From the NCBI GenBank assembly GCA_013002045.1, contig JABDKV010000120.1, positions 1-41,414 on the forward strand: DNA of 41,414 nt. The letters run 5' to 3'. The stretch comes from Gammaproteobacteria bacterium (lineage in GTDB: Bacteria > Pseudomonadota > Gammaproteobacteria > Steroidobacterales > JABDKV01). Below, piece by piece: positions 9,408 to 20,724 of the stretch. Under the pieces are notes generated by a model. It searched no databases and was not told the DNA's origin. It worked only from the letters and a program-made list of their open reading frames with translations. Position 1 is the first letter of the stretch; each line of letters starts with the position of its first letter. Both the position numbers and the translations under genes were made by a program.

Positions 9408-12400
9408 CTAGGCTTTGCCGTAGCCACCGCCACCTGGCGTCTCGATGATCAGGCGATCCCCACTGCCGACATCGACGCGAGCTACGCCGGCGAGGGTTTC
9501 TCGTGTGCCGTCAGCCCGCAGCACGGTGTTGCGCCCGGTTGCACCGGCGCCGCCACCGGCGATACCAAAGGGTGCAACCCGTCGATGCCCCGACAACAAT
9601 GACACCTCCATCGGCTCGCCAAACAGTATTTCGCGCACCACGCCGTCACCACCGCAACGGGCGCCATGCCCACCCGAATCGTAGCGAATGGCGAAAGACT
9701 CGATGCGTACCGGGTAGCGACGCTCCAAAACTTCGACATCGGTTAGCCTGGAATTGGTCATGTGGCTGTGCACCGCCGCGGTACCGTCAAAGTCAGGCCC
9801 GGCTCCTGTGCCGCCACAGATAGTCTCGTAATACTGGTAGCGCTCGTTACCGAAGCTGAGGTTGTTCATCGTGCCCTGGGCGCCGGCCATGACTGCGAGT
9901 GCGCCGTAGAGCGCGTTGGTAATGCACTGCGATGTTTCGACGTTGCCGGCCACGACAGCTGCGGGCGGTTGTGGATCGAGCAGGCTCCCCGACGGGATAC
10001 GCAACTCGATATGACGCATGCAACCTTCGTTCATCGGTATCGGGTCGTCTACCAGCGTGCGGAAGACATACAAAACGGCGGCGCGGCACACCGGACGCGG
10101 TGCATTGAAATTGTTATCCGCCTGGGGCGAGGTGCCGGTGAAGTCGACGATGGCGACACCGCGGTTGCGGTCAATCCGGACATCGACCTCGATCGCGAGG
10201 TCATTGTCGAGTGGATAACGGAAGTGGCCATCATTCAGCCGTGCGATCACCCGCTGCACAGACAGCGCGGCGTTATCCTGCACGTGTTGCATGTAGGCGA
10301 TGACGGTATCGAGTCCGAAATGCCCGATCATTTGCCGGATTTCGGCGATACCACAATGGTTGGCGGCAACCTGGGCCTGCAGGTCGGCGATATTCTGCTC
10401 CGGATTGCGCGCCGGCCACTGCGTAGCGGCGAGGCGCTCACGCAACTGCGACTCACGCAGGCGACCCTCGCGTACCAGCAGGAAGTTGTCGAACACGATG
10501 CCCTCCTGCTCGATGCGGGTGCTGTGCGCAGGCATGGAACCGGGGGTAATACCGCCGATATCGGCGTGATGACCGCGCGAGGCGACGTAGAACAATGGCT
10601 TTTCGTGCTCATCGATGTGCACCGGTGAGATGACTGTCAGGTCGGGCAGGTGGGTGCCGCCGTGATAGGGGGCGTTAACCAGGTAGACATCTCCGCGACG
10701 GACTTCTGCGTTGCCGTCAATTACCGCGCGTACGCTTTCGCCCATCGAGCCCAGGTGCACAGGCATGTGCGGGGCGTTGGCGACCAGGTGACCGTTGCCG
10801 TCGAATACAGCACAGGAAAAATCGAGACGTTCCTTGATATTGACTGACTGCGCCGTGTTGGCCAGCACCACGCCCATGCGCTCGGCAATATGCATGTACA
10901 GGTTGTTGAAGATTTCGAGCAGAACCGGATCGGCATTGGTCGTTCCGGCCGCCACCAACCTGCGCTCGGTTACGCGACGCAGCAGCAACACATCGTCATC
11001 TGTGAGCGTCGCCTGCCAGCCTGGTTCGATGACCGTCGTGCTGATGGTATCGAATACAACGGCCGGGCCGTCGATGATGCTGTCGCTGGTAAGAGAGTGA
11101 CGCGCATGGAAAGGCGTGGATTGCATGCGCCCGCCAAACCAGGCGTCATACCTGGTTGGCCCGGTAGCGGGGTCGCGGCTGGTTGAAACCGTTGCCAATC
11201 CACTATCGTTGCGCCCGCATCCCTCAGACTGCAGCACGGCAACGACTATGTCGCGATCGGTCTGATCGAAGCCAAATTGCTGACGATGAATCGTGGCCAG
11301 TGTCCTGATCATGTCCTCGGCCGCACCCAGCGGAACGGGAAAACTGGTATCGGTGCCGGCGTAGCGCAGCAGCACACGGTGGTCGACCTGACGACGCGAC
11401 TTTACGACACCTTCGGCTTCGAGTTGCGTCGCAATGGCTTGCTCATGCTCATCCACGTATCTCTGCAAATCCTGCAGTACCGAATCGGTAAGGCGTTGTT
11501 CGATACTGCGCTCACGCAACACCAGCGTATTGGCCAGCCCAATCCCGTAAGCGGACAAGACACCGGCCAGGGGGTGAATCATGACGGTCCCGATGCCAAT
11601 TGCATCGGCTACCGCGCAGGCATGCTGTCCACCGGCCCCGCCAAAGCAATTGAGCGCAAACTGCTGGATATCATGGCCACGCTGTACCGATATCTTGCGT
11701 ATCGCAGCTGCCATTTTTTGCACCGCTATTTCGATAAAACCGGTGGCCAGGGAAAAAGCGTCGTAAGCGGTTGCCGTCGTCTCGTTGACCTTGTTCGCAA
11801 GACTGTCGAAGCCGCGGCTAACCGCTGCTGTCTGCAGAGGCTGGTTACCGTCTGCGCCGAATACGGCCGGAAAACAGTTCGGCTGCAAGCGGCCGAGCAT
11901 GACGTTGGCATCGGTAACGGTAAGTGGTCCGTTATTGCCATAGCAGGCGGGGCCCGGGTTGGCGCCGGCAGAGCCTGGACCAACTTGCAGTCGGCCATCG
12001 GCAAAGCGCAGCACCGACCCGCCGCCGGCGGCGATGGTATTGATTTTCATCATCGGGGCGCGGATACGGACGCCGGCTACGACATTCTCCAGTTCGCGTT
12101 CGTACTCGCCGGCGAACAAGGCAACATCGGTGGAGGTCCCGCCCATGTCAAATCCTATAACGCGCTCGATCCCGACAGCAGCGGCACTGTGCGCCATCCC
12201 GACCACCCCACCAGCCGGCCCGGACAGAATCGCATCTTTGCCACGAAAGTACTGCGCGGCTGTCAGCCCGCCATTGCTTTGCATGAATTGCAGGCGACGC
12301 GGATCTTCGAGACCGAGGGCGTCGGTGACGCTGCCGACATAGCGGTCGAGCAACGGTGACAGGTAGGCATCGGCCACCGTGGTATCGCCGCGCGCAACCA

Positions 12401-13013
12401 GTCGAATCAGCGGGCTGGTCTGGTGCGAAACCGAGACCTGTTCAAAGCCGACGTCGCGGGCGATCGTCGCGGCCAGAATTTCATGTTGTGGATGGGCCCA
12501 GGCGTGCACGAAACAAATGGCGATGGCACGGTAGCCGCGTCCATGCAAGGCGCTGAGCTGCTGTTGCAGGCTATCGCTGTCCAGCGGCACAGCGATCTCA
12601 CCGTCGGCCGTGAGCCGCTCCTGTGCTTCGACCACTTCGCTGTGCAACAGCGCCGGCAGGATAATTTCGCGCGCGAATATATCGGGCCGATCCTGGTAGG
12701 CGATGCGTAATGCATCGGCGAAACCGGCGGTGATAACCAGCACCGTTGCTTCGCCGTCACGTTCGAGCAGTGCATTTGTGGCCACCGTGGTACCCATGCG
12801 CACCATGTCGATGGACGAACCCGGTATTTGCTGTTCCGGGCGCAAGCCAAGCATACGACGAATTCCCTCGATGGCCGCATCCGGATACTGGCGAGGATTA
12901 TCCGAAAGCAACTTGGTGCAATGCAGTCTGCCACCCGGTTCACGCGCGACGATATCGGTAAAAGTGCCACCCCGATCGATCCAGAATTGCCAGCGCTTGG
13001 CTTCGTGCTTCAC
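9408..13013 (-). CDS. Fused hydantoinase A/B, ATP-dependent 5-oxoprolinase (OPLAH-type)
   Basis: [77 protein letters not shown]; 1201 aa. Confidence 0.93.
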   Translation of the reverse strand: MKHEAKRWQFWIDRGGTFTDIVAREPGGRLHCTKLLSDNPRQYPDAAIEGIRRMLGLRPEQQIPGSSIDMVRMGTTVATNALLERDGEATVLVITAGFADALRIAYQDRPDIFAREIILPALLHSEVVEAQERLTADGEIAVPLDSDSLQQQLSALHGRGYRAIAICFVHAWAHPQHEILAATIARDVGFEQVSVSHQTSPLIRLVARGDTTVADAYLSPLLDRYVGSVTDALGLEDPRRLQFMQSNGGLTAAQYFRGKDAILSGPAGGVVGMAHSAAAVGIERVIGFDMGGTSTDVALFAGEYERELENVVAGVRIRAPMMKINTIAAGGGSVLRFADGRLQVGPGSAGANPGPACYGNNGPLTVTDANVMLGRLQPNCFPAVFGADGNQPLQTAAVSRGFDSLANKVNETTATAYDAFSLATGFIEIAVQKMAAAIRKISVQRGHDIQQFALNCFGGAGGQHACAVADAIGIGTVMIHPLAGVLSAYGIGLANTLVLRERSIEQRLTDSVLQDLQRYVDEHEQAIATQLEAEGVVKSRRQVDHRVLLRYAGTDTSFPVPLGAAEDMIRTLATIHRQQFGFDQTDRDIVVAVLQSEGCGRNDSGLATVSTSRDPATGPTRYDAWFGGRMQSTPFHARHSLTSDSIIDGPAVVFDTISTTVIEPGWQATLTDDDVLLLRRVTERRLVAAGTTNADPVLLEIFNNLYMHIAERMGVVLANTAQSVNIKERLDFSCAVFDGNGHLVANAPHMPVHLGSMGESVRAVIDGNAEVRRGDVYLVNAPYHGGTHLPDLTVISPVHIDEHEKPLFYVASRGHHADIGGITPGSMPAHSTRIEQEGIVFDNFLLVREGRLRESQLRERLAATQWPARNPEQNIADLQAQVAANHCGIAEIRQMIGHFGLDTVIAYMQHVQDNAALSVQRVIARLNDGHFRYPLDNDLAIEVDVRIDRNRGVAIVDFTGTSPQADNNFNAPRPVCRAAVLYVFRTLVDDPIPMNEGCMRHIELRIPSGSLLDPQPPAAVVAGNVETSQCITNALYGALAVMAGAQGTMNNLSFGNERYQYYETICGGTGAGPDFDGTAAVHSHMTNSRLTDVEVLERRYPVRIESFAIRYDSGGHGARCGGDGVVREILFGEPMEVSLLSGHRRVAPFGIAGGGAGATGRNTVLRADGTRETLAGVARVDVGSGDRLIIETPGGGGYGKA

Positions 13014-13070
13014 TACCCGACCGTAAACTGCACGTGCCGGGCAATCAAGCGATCTGCTATCGTCGTCGTT

Positions 13071-14471
13071 GTGAATCGCGAAGCCGCCATACTTGCCACG
13101 CTGGTCGTCTATAAGGTCTTACTCGTTCTGATAGGGCTGTGGGCGCAACGGCGCACCCGGGACAACAGTGATTTCTTTCTCGGTGGTCGCGGTCTGGGCC
13201 CACTGGTCGCAGCAATCAGCTCCTCGGCCAGCTCTTCGTCGGCCTGGACCTTGCTCGGTGTAAGTGGCGCAGCCTATGCCTGGGGTGTGTCGGCCCTGTG
13301 GCTGTTTCCCGCGACCGTGTCGGGCTTTCTCATTAACTGGTTATGGGTGGCGCCCAGGTTAATGCCGGCGGCGCGCGCAAGCGGCGCACTAACCCTGCCG
13401 GAATTCATAGCCGGTGACGGGGCGATGACGGCAACCATCCTGCGTGTCTGTAGCGCAATCGTCGTTTTCTCGTTTCTTTTCTATATTGCGGCGCAGTTCC
13501 AGGCTGCCGGAGATGCGTTTTCGACTACCTTCGGCCTCGACATGCGCACCTCGATTGCGATCGGTGCCGCTATCGTCCTGTTGTATACACTGCTCGGCGG
13601 GTTCTGGGCGGTCAGCGTTACCGATACGCTACAGGGACTGCTGATGGCATTGACGGCAGTAATGCTGCCGGTCGCGGCACTGCTGGCGGTAGGTGGACCC
13701 ACCGGCTTGCTGGCGGGGCTGGCACGAACCGAGGACCTCACTGCACTGGCACCAACCGGTGAATTCACCGGTGTTGCCGCGATATTCTTCGTGCTGGGCA
13801 CACTTGGCATCGGCCTGGGCTATCCCGGTCAGCCGCATGTCGTCAATCGTTTCATGGCGCTGAGGGATGAACGCGCCTTGCGCCAGGCGCAGCGGATTGC
13901 AATTGGCTGGGCACTGATTGTCTACACCGGGATGTTGTTGCTTGGCTTGTGTGCCCGGGTACTGGTCACGCAACTGGGCGATGGCGAACAGGTCTTTTTT
14001 GTCACTGCAGGGTCGCTGTTTCCGCCAGTCATCGCCGGGATCATGATCGCCGCAGTATTGTCGGCGATCATGTCGACTGCCGACAGCCAGTTGCTGGTGG
14101 CGTCGTCGTCGCTGACTCATGACCTCCATCGCGCGGCAGCAACCGATGCGCCGCTGCGCTTATCCCATACGCGTGTTGTTGTTGCGATTATCACACTGGC
14201 GGCGATGGGACTGGCCATTCTTGCTCCTGACACCATTTTCCAGCGCGTGTTATTTGCCTGGCATGCGATCGGGTCTGCATTCGGACCCGTTGTCGTGGTG
14301 CGACTGTTGGGGCGTGTCGTCGATTCGCGCTTTGTGCTGGCGTCGATCCTTAGCGGGTTTTTGTTGACAGTCGGTCTGCACTGGCTGCCCAACATGCCCG
14401 GTGATGCACTCGAGCGCCTGCTGCCGCTGGCGATCGCGTCGCTGATCGTCTGGCTCGGCTCACGTCGCTGA
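13071..14471 (+). CDS. Sodium:solute symporter (PutP-like amino acid transporter)
   Basis: [46 protein letters not shown] 13071 chosen because the 12828 start overlaps the oxoprolinase gene. Confidence 0.9.
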   Translation: MNREAAILATLVVYKVLLVLIGLWAQRRTRDNSDFFLGGRGLGPLVAAISSSASSSSAWTLLGVSGAAYAWGVSALWLFPATVSGFLINWLWVAPRLMPAARASGALTLPEFIAGDGAMTATILRVCSAIVVFSFLFYIAAQFQAAGDAFSTTFGLDMRTSIAIGAAIVLLYTLLGGFWAVSVTDTLQGLLMALTAVMLPVAALLAVGGPTGLLAGLARTEDLTALAPTGEFTGVAAIFFVLGTLGIGLGYPGQPHVVNRFMALRDERALRQAQRIAIGWALIVYTGMLLLGLCARVLVTQLGDGEQVFFVTAGSLFPPVIAGIMIAAVLSAIMSTADSQLLVASSSLTHDLHRAAATDAPLRLSHTRVVVAIITLAAMGLAILAPDTIFQRVLFAWHAIGSAFGPVVVVRLLGRVVDSRFVLASILSGFLLTVGLHWLPNMPGDALERLLPLAIASLIVWLGSRR

Positions 14472-14521
14472 GCACGATTCGCACGGGTTTTTGCATCTCA
14501 TCGGTGCAGGGCTAAGGAGAG

Positions 14522-14537
14522 TGTGAGGCGCATCACG
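14522..14537. promoter_or_regulatory. CRP-like box with class II geometry
   Basis: TGTGA-GGCGCA-TCACG, 9/10 match; 21 bp upstream of CAGAAT (14559-14564). Confidence 0.65.
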
Positions 14538-14597
14538 GTGGATACGGACTGCGTGGCGCAGAATTAAAACATTCTGTTAAACACGAGCAGCCACCCT

Positions 14598-14828
14598 GTG
14601 AAAGTGCGCTCCGCGATAGAGATAGCAGACCGGCTAGTGGGCTGGAAAATGCTCGATGATGCGTCGGACGTGCTGCAGCGCTGTCTCGTGCAGCACCCGG
14701 CGCACCCGCAATTGCTGCAACGACTGGGCAGGATTCGCCTGGCCCAGGGTCGGCCGCAGGAAGCTGCGCCGCTGCTGGAGCAAGCGCTGGCCCATCACCG
14801 CATGATGGCCGAGACCCGCGGCGATTGA
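14598..14828 (+). CDS. Small TPR-like protein (76 aa)
   Basis: TPR pattern LQRCLVQHPAHPQLLQRLGRIRLAQGRPQEAAPLLEQAL; paralog at 31849. Confidence 0.8.
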   Translation: MKVRSAIEIADRLVGWKMLDDASDVLQRCLVQHPAHPQLLQRLGRIRLAQGRPQEAAPLLEQALAHHRMMAETRGD

Positions 14829-14832
14829 GTTG

Positions 14833-16266
14833 TCAGCCCAGTCGGTAGACGGGCTCGTAGTCACCACCGTCGAGTTTCATTCGATTCTGCGCCACGAACG
14901 CGGCGAGTAAATCGTCGAGGGGTTCCATGATGGCCTTCTCGCCATCGAGAATAAACGGCCCATGTTCTTCGATCGCGGCAATGCCTTCGGCCTTGACGTT
15001 GCCGGCGACAATACCCGAGAACGCACGTCGGAGATCGGCGGCGAGCTTGTAGTCCTGGCGATCGCGGCTTAATTGCAGGCTGGCCATGTTGGCGTGCGTT
15101 GGTTCGAAGGGTTTTTGGAACTCCGGTTCGATACGCAGCCGCCAGTTGAAATAGTAAGCGTCGCTGGTGGCGCGACGATAGCGTTGCACTTCAACCATGC
15201 CTTCGCGCATGCGGCGAGCCACGGTAATCGGATCATCGATCACGATTTCGTAAAGTGCGCGCGCCTCGTCACCGAGAGTGGCGCCGATGAAGTCGTCGAG
15301 GCGTCTGAAATAACTTTCGGCGCTGGCTGGGCCGGTGAAAACCAGGGGCAGTGGCATTTCCCGGTTTTCCGGATGCAGCAGAATGCCCAGCAGGTACAGA
15401 ATTTCTTCGGCGGTACCGACACCACCCGGAAAGACAACAATCGCGTGGCCGGCGCGGACAAAGGCTTCGAGGCGCTTCTCGATGTCTGGCAGGATCACCA
15501 GGTGATTGACAATCGGGTTGGGAGATTCGGCGGCGATTATGCCGGGTTCGGAAATGCCGATGTAGCGTCCACTCTTGAGTCGTTGCTTGGCATGACCGAT
15601 GTTGGCGCCTTTCATCGGGCCCTTCATCGCCCCGGGCCCACAACCGGTGATGACACTGAGCCCACGCAAGCCCATCTCGTAGCCGACGTCCTTGGTGTAG
15701 TCGTACTCGTGACGGCTGATCGAGTGACCGCCCCAGCAGACGACGAGGTTGGGTGTCGTACGCAGTTTCAGGATGCCGGCGTTGCGCAGGATATGAAAAA
15801 CTGCGTTGGTCACGCCGGCAGACTCATTCAGGTCAAAACGGTCACCGTGTAGTTCGCGGTTGATGTAGAGCACATCGCGCAGTACAGCAAACAGGTGTTC
15901 CTGGATGCCCTTGATCATCTTGCCATCGACAAACGCACCGCGCGGCGCATTTGTCAGTCGCAGCTTGAGGCCGCGTTCCTGCTGTATGACTTCGATGTCG
16001 AAATTGCGGTGCCGTTCGAGCACGACCCTGGCATCGTCGATATCGATACCGCAGTTGAGCACGGCGAGGGCACAGCGACGAAAAATTTCGTACAGCCCAT
16101 CCCGATCCGAGCCGCGTAATTCATTGACCTCCTGCTGCGACAGCAACTCGAGGCTACCTACAGGGCGTACCGAGGTATTAACGCCCTCGTAAGCTTCACC
16201 CAGTTCGCAACGGCGGTGCGCGGCTCGTTCTTCGTCGGAAGCGTCTGCAACAGGATTGTTTATCAT
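14833..16266 (-). CDS. ppnN: Pyrimidine/purine nucleotide 5'-monophosphate nucleosidase (LOG family)
   Basis: VVCWGGHSI, TGCGPGAMKGPMKGA, PDIEKRLEAFVR, FPGGVGTAEE, LRRAFSGIVAGNVK. Confidence 0.93.
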   Translation of the reverse strand: MINNPVADASDEERAAHRRCELGEAYEGVNTSVRPVGSLELLSQQEVNELRGSDRDGLYEIFRRCALAVLNCGIDIDDARVVLERHRNFDIEVIQQERGLKLRLTNAPRGAFVDGKMIKGIQEHLFAVLRDVLYINRELHGDRFDLNESAGVTNAVFHILRNAGILKLRTTPNLVVCWGGHSISRHEYDYTKDVGYEMGLRGLSVITGCGPGAMKGPMKGANIGHAKQRLKSGRYIGISEPGIIAAESPNPIVNHLVILPDIEKRLEAFVRAGHAIVVFPGGVGTAEEILYLLGILLHPENREMPLPLVFTGPASAESYFRRLDDFIGATLGDEARALYEIVIDDPITVARRMREGMVEVQRYRRATSDAYYFNWRLRIEPEFQKPFEPTHANMASLQLSRDRQDYKLAADLRRAFSGIVAGNVKAEGIAAIEEHGPFILDGEKAIMEPLDDLLAAFVAQNRMKLDGGDYEPVYRLG

Positions 16267-17162
16267 CAGATTCGGTCTGAATAGCGTTCGAAGCAGGTTA
16301 TCTTATCGATCGGCAGGTCGATGTCACGTTTATATATCTCAGAAACGAGAAATTCTTTCTCTTCGGCACAGCGTTGCTGGTCACAATCGAGGTACCAGGC
16401 CTTGGCGCGTCCGTCGTCACCGGCGTTCCAGCGATAGCCACGGCTCTTGAGCAGGCTACGGGCCTCGAAGGGCGCACTGACCGCCCACAGGCGGTAAGTC
16501 GTCAGTCGCGCGCTATCGAGCAGGGTTGCCAGCACCGGCCGCCCCGAAACCGGCAGGGTTTGCGCCAGCAGGTGGATGCCGGCGATACAGTCCTCACCGG
16601 CGCGATGACCGTCATAGAACACGCCAAAGCGATAAGCGATAAATTCCTGTTTGGCACTCTCCATATCCTCGTCGCGCCAAGGTATCTCGCGCATTGAGCA
16701 GGCCCAGGCCTTTTGCGTGAAGAACTCAAAGCGGGCTTCGACGAAACGTCGGTCGAATCCGGCATTGTGCGCCACTATCAGCTGTGCCGGCTCGACCAGG
16801 CGGGCGACCTCGTCCGCGTCGATGTGTTGCCCGGCAACATCCTGATCACGAATACCGGTCAGTTTCGTTATCGCTTCAGGGATCGGTTGCCCAGGATCGT
16901 CATAGGCGTCATAGCCATCGCCGACAGAACAAACCAGGCCGTCGGTGGTAAATTCGAACGGCACCATGGCCAACTCGATGATTGCGTCGCTGTGGTGATC
17001 GAGACCGGTGGTCTCAACATCAAGAAACAAGCCCTTGCGTAGCATCGAGCGGTCTTCGGGGTCGGGGCGGTAGCGCCGGCGGCTGGTCAGTCGTCGCAAT
17101 ACCCGATAGTCGGCGTGTTGTTCGAGGCGCCGCGCCAGTTCTTCTAATTCATGTTTATTCAT
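16266..17162 (-). CDS. DEDDh 3'-5' exonuclease (DnaQ-like)
   Basis: LDVETTG, AHNAGFDR, HRAGED; stop overlaps the ppnN start (TGATG). ATG 17162 chosen as start. Confidence 0.9.
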   Translation of the reverse strand: MNKHELEELARRLEQHADYRVLRRLTSRRRYRPDPEDRSMLRKGLFLDVETTGLDHHSDAIIELAMVPFEFTTDGLVCSVGDGYDAYDDPGQPIPEAITKLTGIRDQDVAGQHIDADEVARLVEPAQLIVAHNAGFDRRFVEARFEFFTQKAWACSMREIPWRDEDMESAKQEFIAYRFGVFYDGHRAGEDCIAGIHLLAQTLPVSGRPVLATLLDSARLTTYRLWAVSAPFEARSLLKSRGYRWNAGDDGRAKAWYLDCDQQRCAEEKEFLVSEIYKRDIDLPIDKITCFERYSDRI

Positions 17163-17254
17163 GATGTCTGCATTGCAAAGAGTAACATTAACCCGTTGTG
17201 AAGAATGGACGGGCGCGCTAGTCTGGCTGTTGCCCAACCGCGAAAGAGGACCCT

Positions 17255-17635
17255 ATGCTCGATTGGACATCTCCCGATTTCTGGATCGTTGCCTGCGCCG
17301 GGCTTGCTGTCGGCGTTTTTGTTGGCTGGCTGATTACCAGTCTTAGCTATCGGCGTAGCAACAGCGGCCAGACCGCTGCACAGTTACGTGAGGAAATGGA
17401 TACTTATCGGGCCGAAGTCAACAGTCATTTTGCGCGTACCGCTGATTTGTTCAAGGAAACCACGGAAAAATACCGTGACCTGTATGAACACCTGTCTGGA
17501 GGGGCGCAGGATCTGTGCCAGGATCTGCCAGATAAAACCCGGGTCGAGTTTCGTCCCGGACGGCTGCTGGCGCAGCAAGCCAGCGAAACCGAAGCCGAGA
17601 CTGAAGTACGCGAACCACCCCGTACAGGTCCCTGA
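17255..17635 (+). CDS. yhcB: YhcB/ZapG (DUF1043) membrane-anchored coiled-coil protein
   Basis: N-terminal TM followed by YRAEVNSHFARTADL...YRDLYEHLSGGAQDL; GAGGA RBS. Confidence 0.8.
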   Translation: MLDWTSPDFWIVACAGLAVGVFVGWLITSLSYRRSNSGQTAAQLREEMDTYRAEVNSHFARTADLFKETTEKYRDLYEHLSGGAQDLCQDLPDKTRVEFRPGRLLAQQASETEAETEVREPPRTGP

Positions 17636-17636
17636 G

Positions 17637-18686
17637 TCAGGCGCGATCCAGCGCCTGTACCGGCGTTTCGAAGTAGCGATGAAACGGGGCCGGCAACTCG
17701 TGATAGTCGCTGCCGGCGCCGGCCAGCGGCCGGGCGTTGTAGGTGTGCCAGTACAGGATCGTACGATCATCCCGTTGCTGCTCCAGATCGCTCAGCAAGG
17801 CTGCCATGGTCTTGCCGGTATAGGTGCCCTCGAGTTTTAGCTGTTCATCGTCGAATAACCGTTTTTTTGCTGCCATGCCGGCCTGCGTGAAAACGGCGTA
17901 CTGCTGACCGTACTGGTCATGGCGGATACGCGGGGCCAACGGTCTTAGCAATGGAAACCCGGGGTCCAGCTGGTGCAGCAGCCGGTTGGTCGAGGCAAAC
18001 AAGGCGATAAACTTTTCGCTATTGGCAATGTCGGGTCGAACGACACGCACCGGCACCACTTCGGTATCGACCCCGGCTGCAGCCAGGCCCAGGCTAATAC
18101 CGGCCGCGGTACCCATAGTGCCAAGGGCGACATAGATCCTGTCCGGTAAGGGCAGCAGACCCGCCCTGACCTGTGACAGTAGCTCAAACGCGGCGCTGAC
18201 GAAGCCGACAGTGCCGAGTGGCGAGGACCCACCACCCGGTATCTCGTACAGCCCGGCACCGAGTTCGCGACGCAATCGCGCTGCATGTTGGTGGGCCTCA
18301 TCGTCGTTGGCACAAGGTACCAGCTGTGCTCCGGTGGCCAGGCTGGCTAACAGGTTTTGCGCGACGTAGTGCGCGTTGGTTTGCGGCGTCAGCAGGTTAT
18401 AGCAGTCAAAGCCCAGTTGCGCGGCATAGGTCGCGGTAGCCAGTGCGTGGTTCGATCCGGCTACACCATAGGTCATGACGGATGTGCAGCCTCGTGCCCG
18501 TGCATCGGCGAACAGATGCTCGAGTTTACGCAGTTTGTTGCCGCCGTAAGATTCGCCGCAGTAGCCATCGTGCTTGACGAAGACGTTGTGACCCAGCGAT
18601 GCAAGTCGGGTGACGGGCGAAGGCCAGTGCCCCAGTGGCAAATGTGGCAGCGCCGCGGCAAGTGCAGGATAGTGTTGGTCTAGCAC
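17637..18686 (-). CDS. PLP enzyme, D-cysteine desulfhydrase/ACC deaminase family
   Basis: GGNKLRKLE, SNHA, GTMGTAAG, LEGTYTGK. Confidence 0.85.
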   Translation of the reverse strand: MLDQHYPALAAALPHLPLGHWPSPVTRLASLGHNVFVKHDGYCGESYGGNKLRKLEHLFADARARGCTSVMTYGVAGSNHALATATYAAQLGFDCYNLLTPQTNAHYVAQNLLASLATGAQLVPCANDDEAHQHAARLRRELGAGLYEIPGGGSSPLGTVGFVSAAFELLSQVRAGLLPLPDRIYVALGTMGTAAGISLGLAAAGVDTEVVPVRVVRPDIANSEKFIALFASTNRLLHQLDPGFPLLRPLAPRIRHDQYGQQYAVFTQAGMAAKKRLFDDEQLKLEGTYTGKTMAALLSDLEQQRDDRTILYWHTYNARPLAGAGSDYHELPAPFHRYFETPVQALDRA

Positions 18687-18745
18687 ACAGCGAGCATAGC
18701 ATTGCGCCCGGTGTTATCTTCGTCGCCTTTGCGGGGAGTATTCAG

Positions 18746-19816
18746 GTGAAAATTGCGGTTGTCGGAGGAGGCTATGCCGGCCTGGCCTGCATAATGGAAT
18801 TGCGACGGCGGCTGCAGAACGCCACGATTCACCTCTACGATCCGCGCGTTCGGCACCTCAAGATCACTCATCTCCATGAGACCCTGCGACATCCGAGATC
18901 ACGCTTTGAAGTGCCCTTCGATGACCTGGCGTCGCGACTCGATTTTGAGCACCGGCCGGCAGCGGTAGATTTCAGTGACGGTGTTGCCTCGGTGGCGGGC
19001 GCGGCATTCGACTACGACTACATCGCTGTCACTACAGGGTCCCAATCGCTGCCGCTGCCACGCGGTGCGGAGGCCTACACGATAGAAGATTTTGCCAGCG
19101 GCGATGGTCGTCAGATCGTCGATGCGTTTGTGGAAGACTCGACACGACCGCGGGTAGCGACCGTCGTCGGTGGTGGTGCGACCGGCGTTCAGTTCGCGTT
19201 CGAATTACAGGCCCGGTTGCGCGATGCCGGTGCCGGGACGACGATCCAGATGCTCGACCAGGGTAGTCGACCAGTACCGGATCAGCCCGTGGAAGTCAGC
19301 GACTATGTCCGCGACCGCCTCGAAGACTGTGGAATCGAGTACTGCCCGGACAGCAGGTACTGCGACGCCAGTGGCTACGAGCTCATTGTGGAGCGCGGCC
19401 ACGAGACTTGTCAGCTGCAATCGGGACTGACGCTGCTGTGCGCCGGTGCGCGGCCAGCGCCACAGGCATTTTCCACTGACAGCACGGGACGGGTCGATGG
19501 CAGCGACAACATGTTTGCCGCCGGTGACTGCGCCACTTATACGACCCGGGCGGACGATTTCATGACGGCACAGGTTGCGGTCAGGCAGGGCAAGCTGATC
19601 GCAACCAATATCGACAGGGTGTCGCGTGATGTCGAGCCGCTCGACTACTCGTTCTGTGAACTCGGCTACGTTGTCAGCCTGGGCGCGCTCGATGCTGCTG
19701 GCTGGATCCTGAGCAGGACGCAGCCGCTAACCGGAACACCCGCATTCGCCGTGAAAGGCGCGGTGGAGGCGCAGTATGACCTGTTCGTGGCCGGGCTCGA
19801 CACCTATATAGTCTGA
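18746..19816 (+). CDS. FAD-dependent pyridine nucleotide-disulfide oxidoreductase (NDH-2-like)
   Basis: KIAVVGGGYAG, VVGGGATGVQ, FAAGDCA, TAQVAVRQG; GTG 18746 follows GGGGAG. Confidence 0.85.
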   Translation: MKIAVVGGGYAGLACIMELRRRLQNATIHLYDPRVRHLKITHLHETLRHPRSRFEVPFDDLASRLDFEHRPAAVDFSDGVASVAGAAFDYDYIAVTTGSQSLPLPRGAEAYTIEDFASGDGRQIVDAFVEDSTRPRVATVVGGGATGVQFAFELQARLRDAGAGTTIQMLDQGSRPVPDQPVEVSDYVRDRLEDCGIEYCPDSRYCDASGYELIVERGHETCQLQSGLTLLCAGARPAPQAFSTDSTGRVDGSDNMFAAGDCATYTTRADDFMTAQVAVRQGKLIATNIDRVSRDVEPLDYSFCELGYVVSLGALDAAGWILSRTQPLTGTPAFAVKGAVEAQYDLFVAGLDTYIV

Positions 19817-19819
19817 GCG

Positions 19820-20569
19820 TCAGTGTCCGGCCTTGCCCTGGGCGGCTACGGCGGCGGCTTTGCGCCGGATCTCTTCTGCATCGCCGAGATAGCCCTTCTC
19901 GATGACCTGGAGGTCGTCATCGAGCGTATACACCAGCGGTACGCCGGTGGGGATATTCAGGCCGACGATTTCATCGTCGGGTATATCGTCGAGATGCTTG
20001 ACCAGCGCTCGCAGGCTGTTGCCGTGTGCGGCAATCAGAACCTGTTTGCCGCTGTGTATGACCGGTGCAATGGTCTGTCGCCAGTACGGCAGCATGCGGG
20101 CAACAACGTCGGCCAGGCACTCGGACTCCGGTAACTCTGTATCAGTGAGGCTGGCGTAGCGCTCCTCGTGGCGCGGGTGGCGCGGATCGTCGCTTTGCAA
20201 AGCCGGTGGTCGCACATCGTAGGAGCGACGCCATATATGCACCTGGTCTTCACCATGCTCGGCCGCTGTCTCAGACTTGTTCAGCCCCTGCAATGCACCG
20301 TAGTGGCGTTCATTGAGACGCCAGTCGCGCTGCACCGGTACCCACATCCGGTCCATCTCGTCCATAGCAATCCACAGGGTCCGGATCGCGCGCTTGAGGT
20401 ATGACGTAAACGCGATATCGAAGTGCAGTCCGGCCTCGCCAAGCAGGCGACCGGCTTCGCGGGCTTCGGCATGCCCCTGTTCAGTCAGGTCGACATCGGT
20501 CCATCCGGTGAAGCGGTTTTCCTTGTTCCAGGCGCTCTGGCCGTGACGCAGCAGGATCAGTTTGTGCAT
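19820..20569 (-). CDS. gpmA: 2,3-bisphosphoglycerate-dependent phosphoglycerate mutase
   Basis: [46 protein letters not shown]. Confidence 0.98.
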   Translation of the reverse strand: MHKLILLRHGQSAWNKENRFTGWTDVDLTEQGHAEAREAGRLLGEAGLHFDIAFTSYLKRAIRTLWIAMDEMDRMWVPVQRDWRLNERHYGALQGLNKSETAAEHGEDQVHIWRRSYDVRPPALQSDDPRHPRHEERYASLTDTELPESECLADVVARMLPYWRQTIAPVIHSGKQVLIAAHGNSLRALVKHLDDIPDDEIVGLNIPTGVPLVYTLDDDLQVIEKGYLGDAEEIRRKAAAVAAQGKAGH

Positions 20570-20724
20570 AGCTCGAATCCGTCAGTGGGTTGGCGCCGCT
20601 ATTGTACATGCGCCGCCCGGCTCGCTGGTTAAAACGGCGCCGGCAAGGTCATGCCACACTCAGCGGGCGAACAGGCCGGGCGCTCGGGTATACTCGCGCG
20701 GCTCAACAAGCCGAAGGAATCAAG

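Noticed and set aside
12828-13070. 81-aa N-terminal extension of the symporter
   Set aside because: Overlaps the oxoprolinase start on the other strand; the family-like sequence begins at GTG 13071.
17637-18686. ACC deaminase (acdS) call
   Set aside because: The diagnostic Glu and Leu residues are both Thr.
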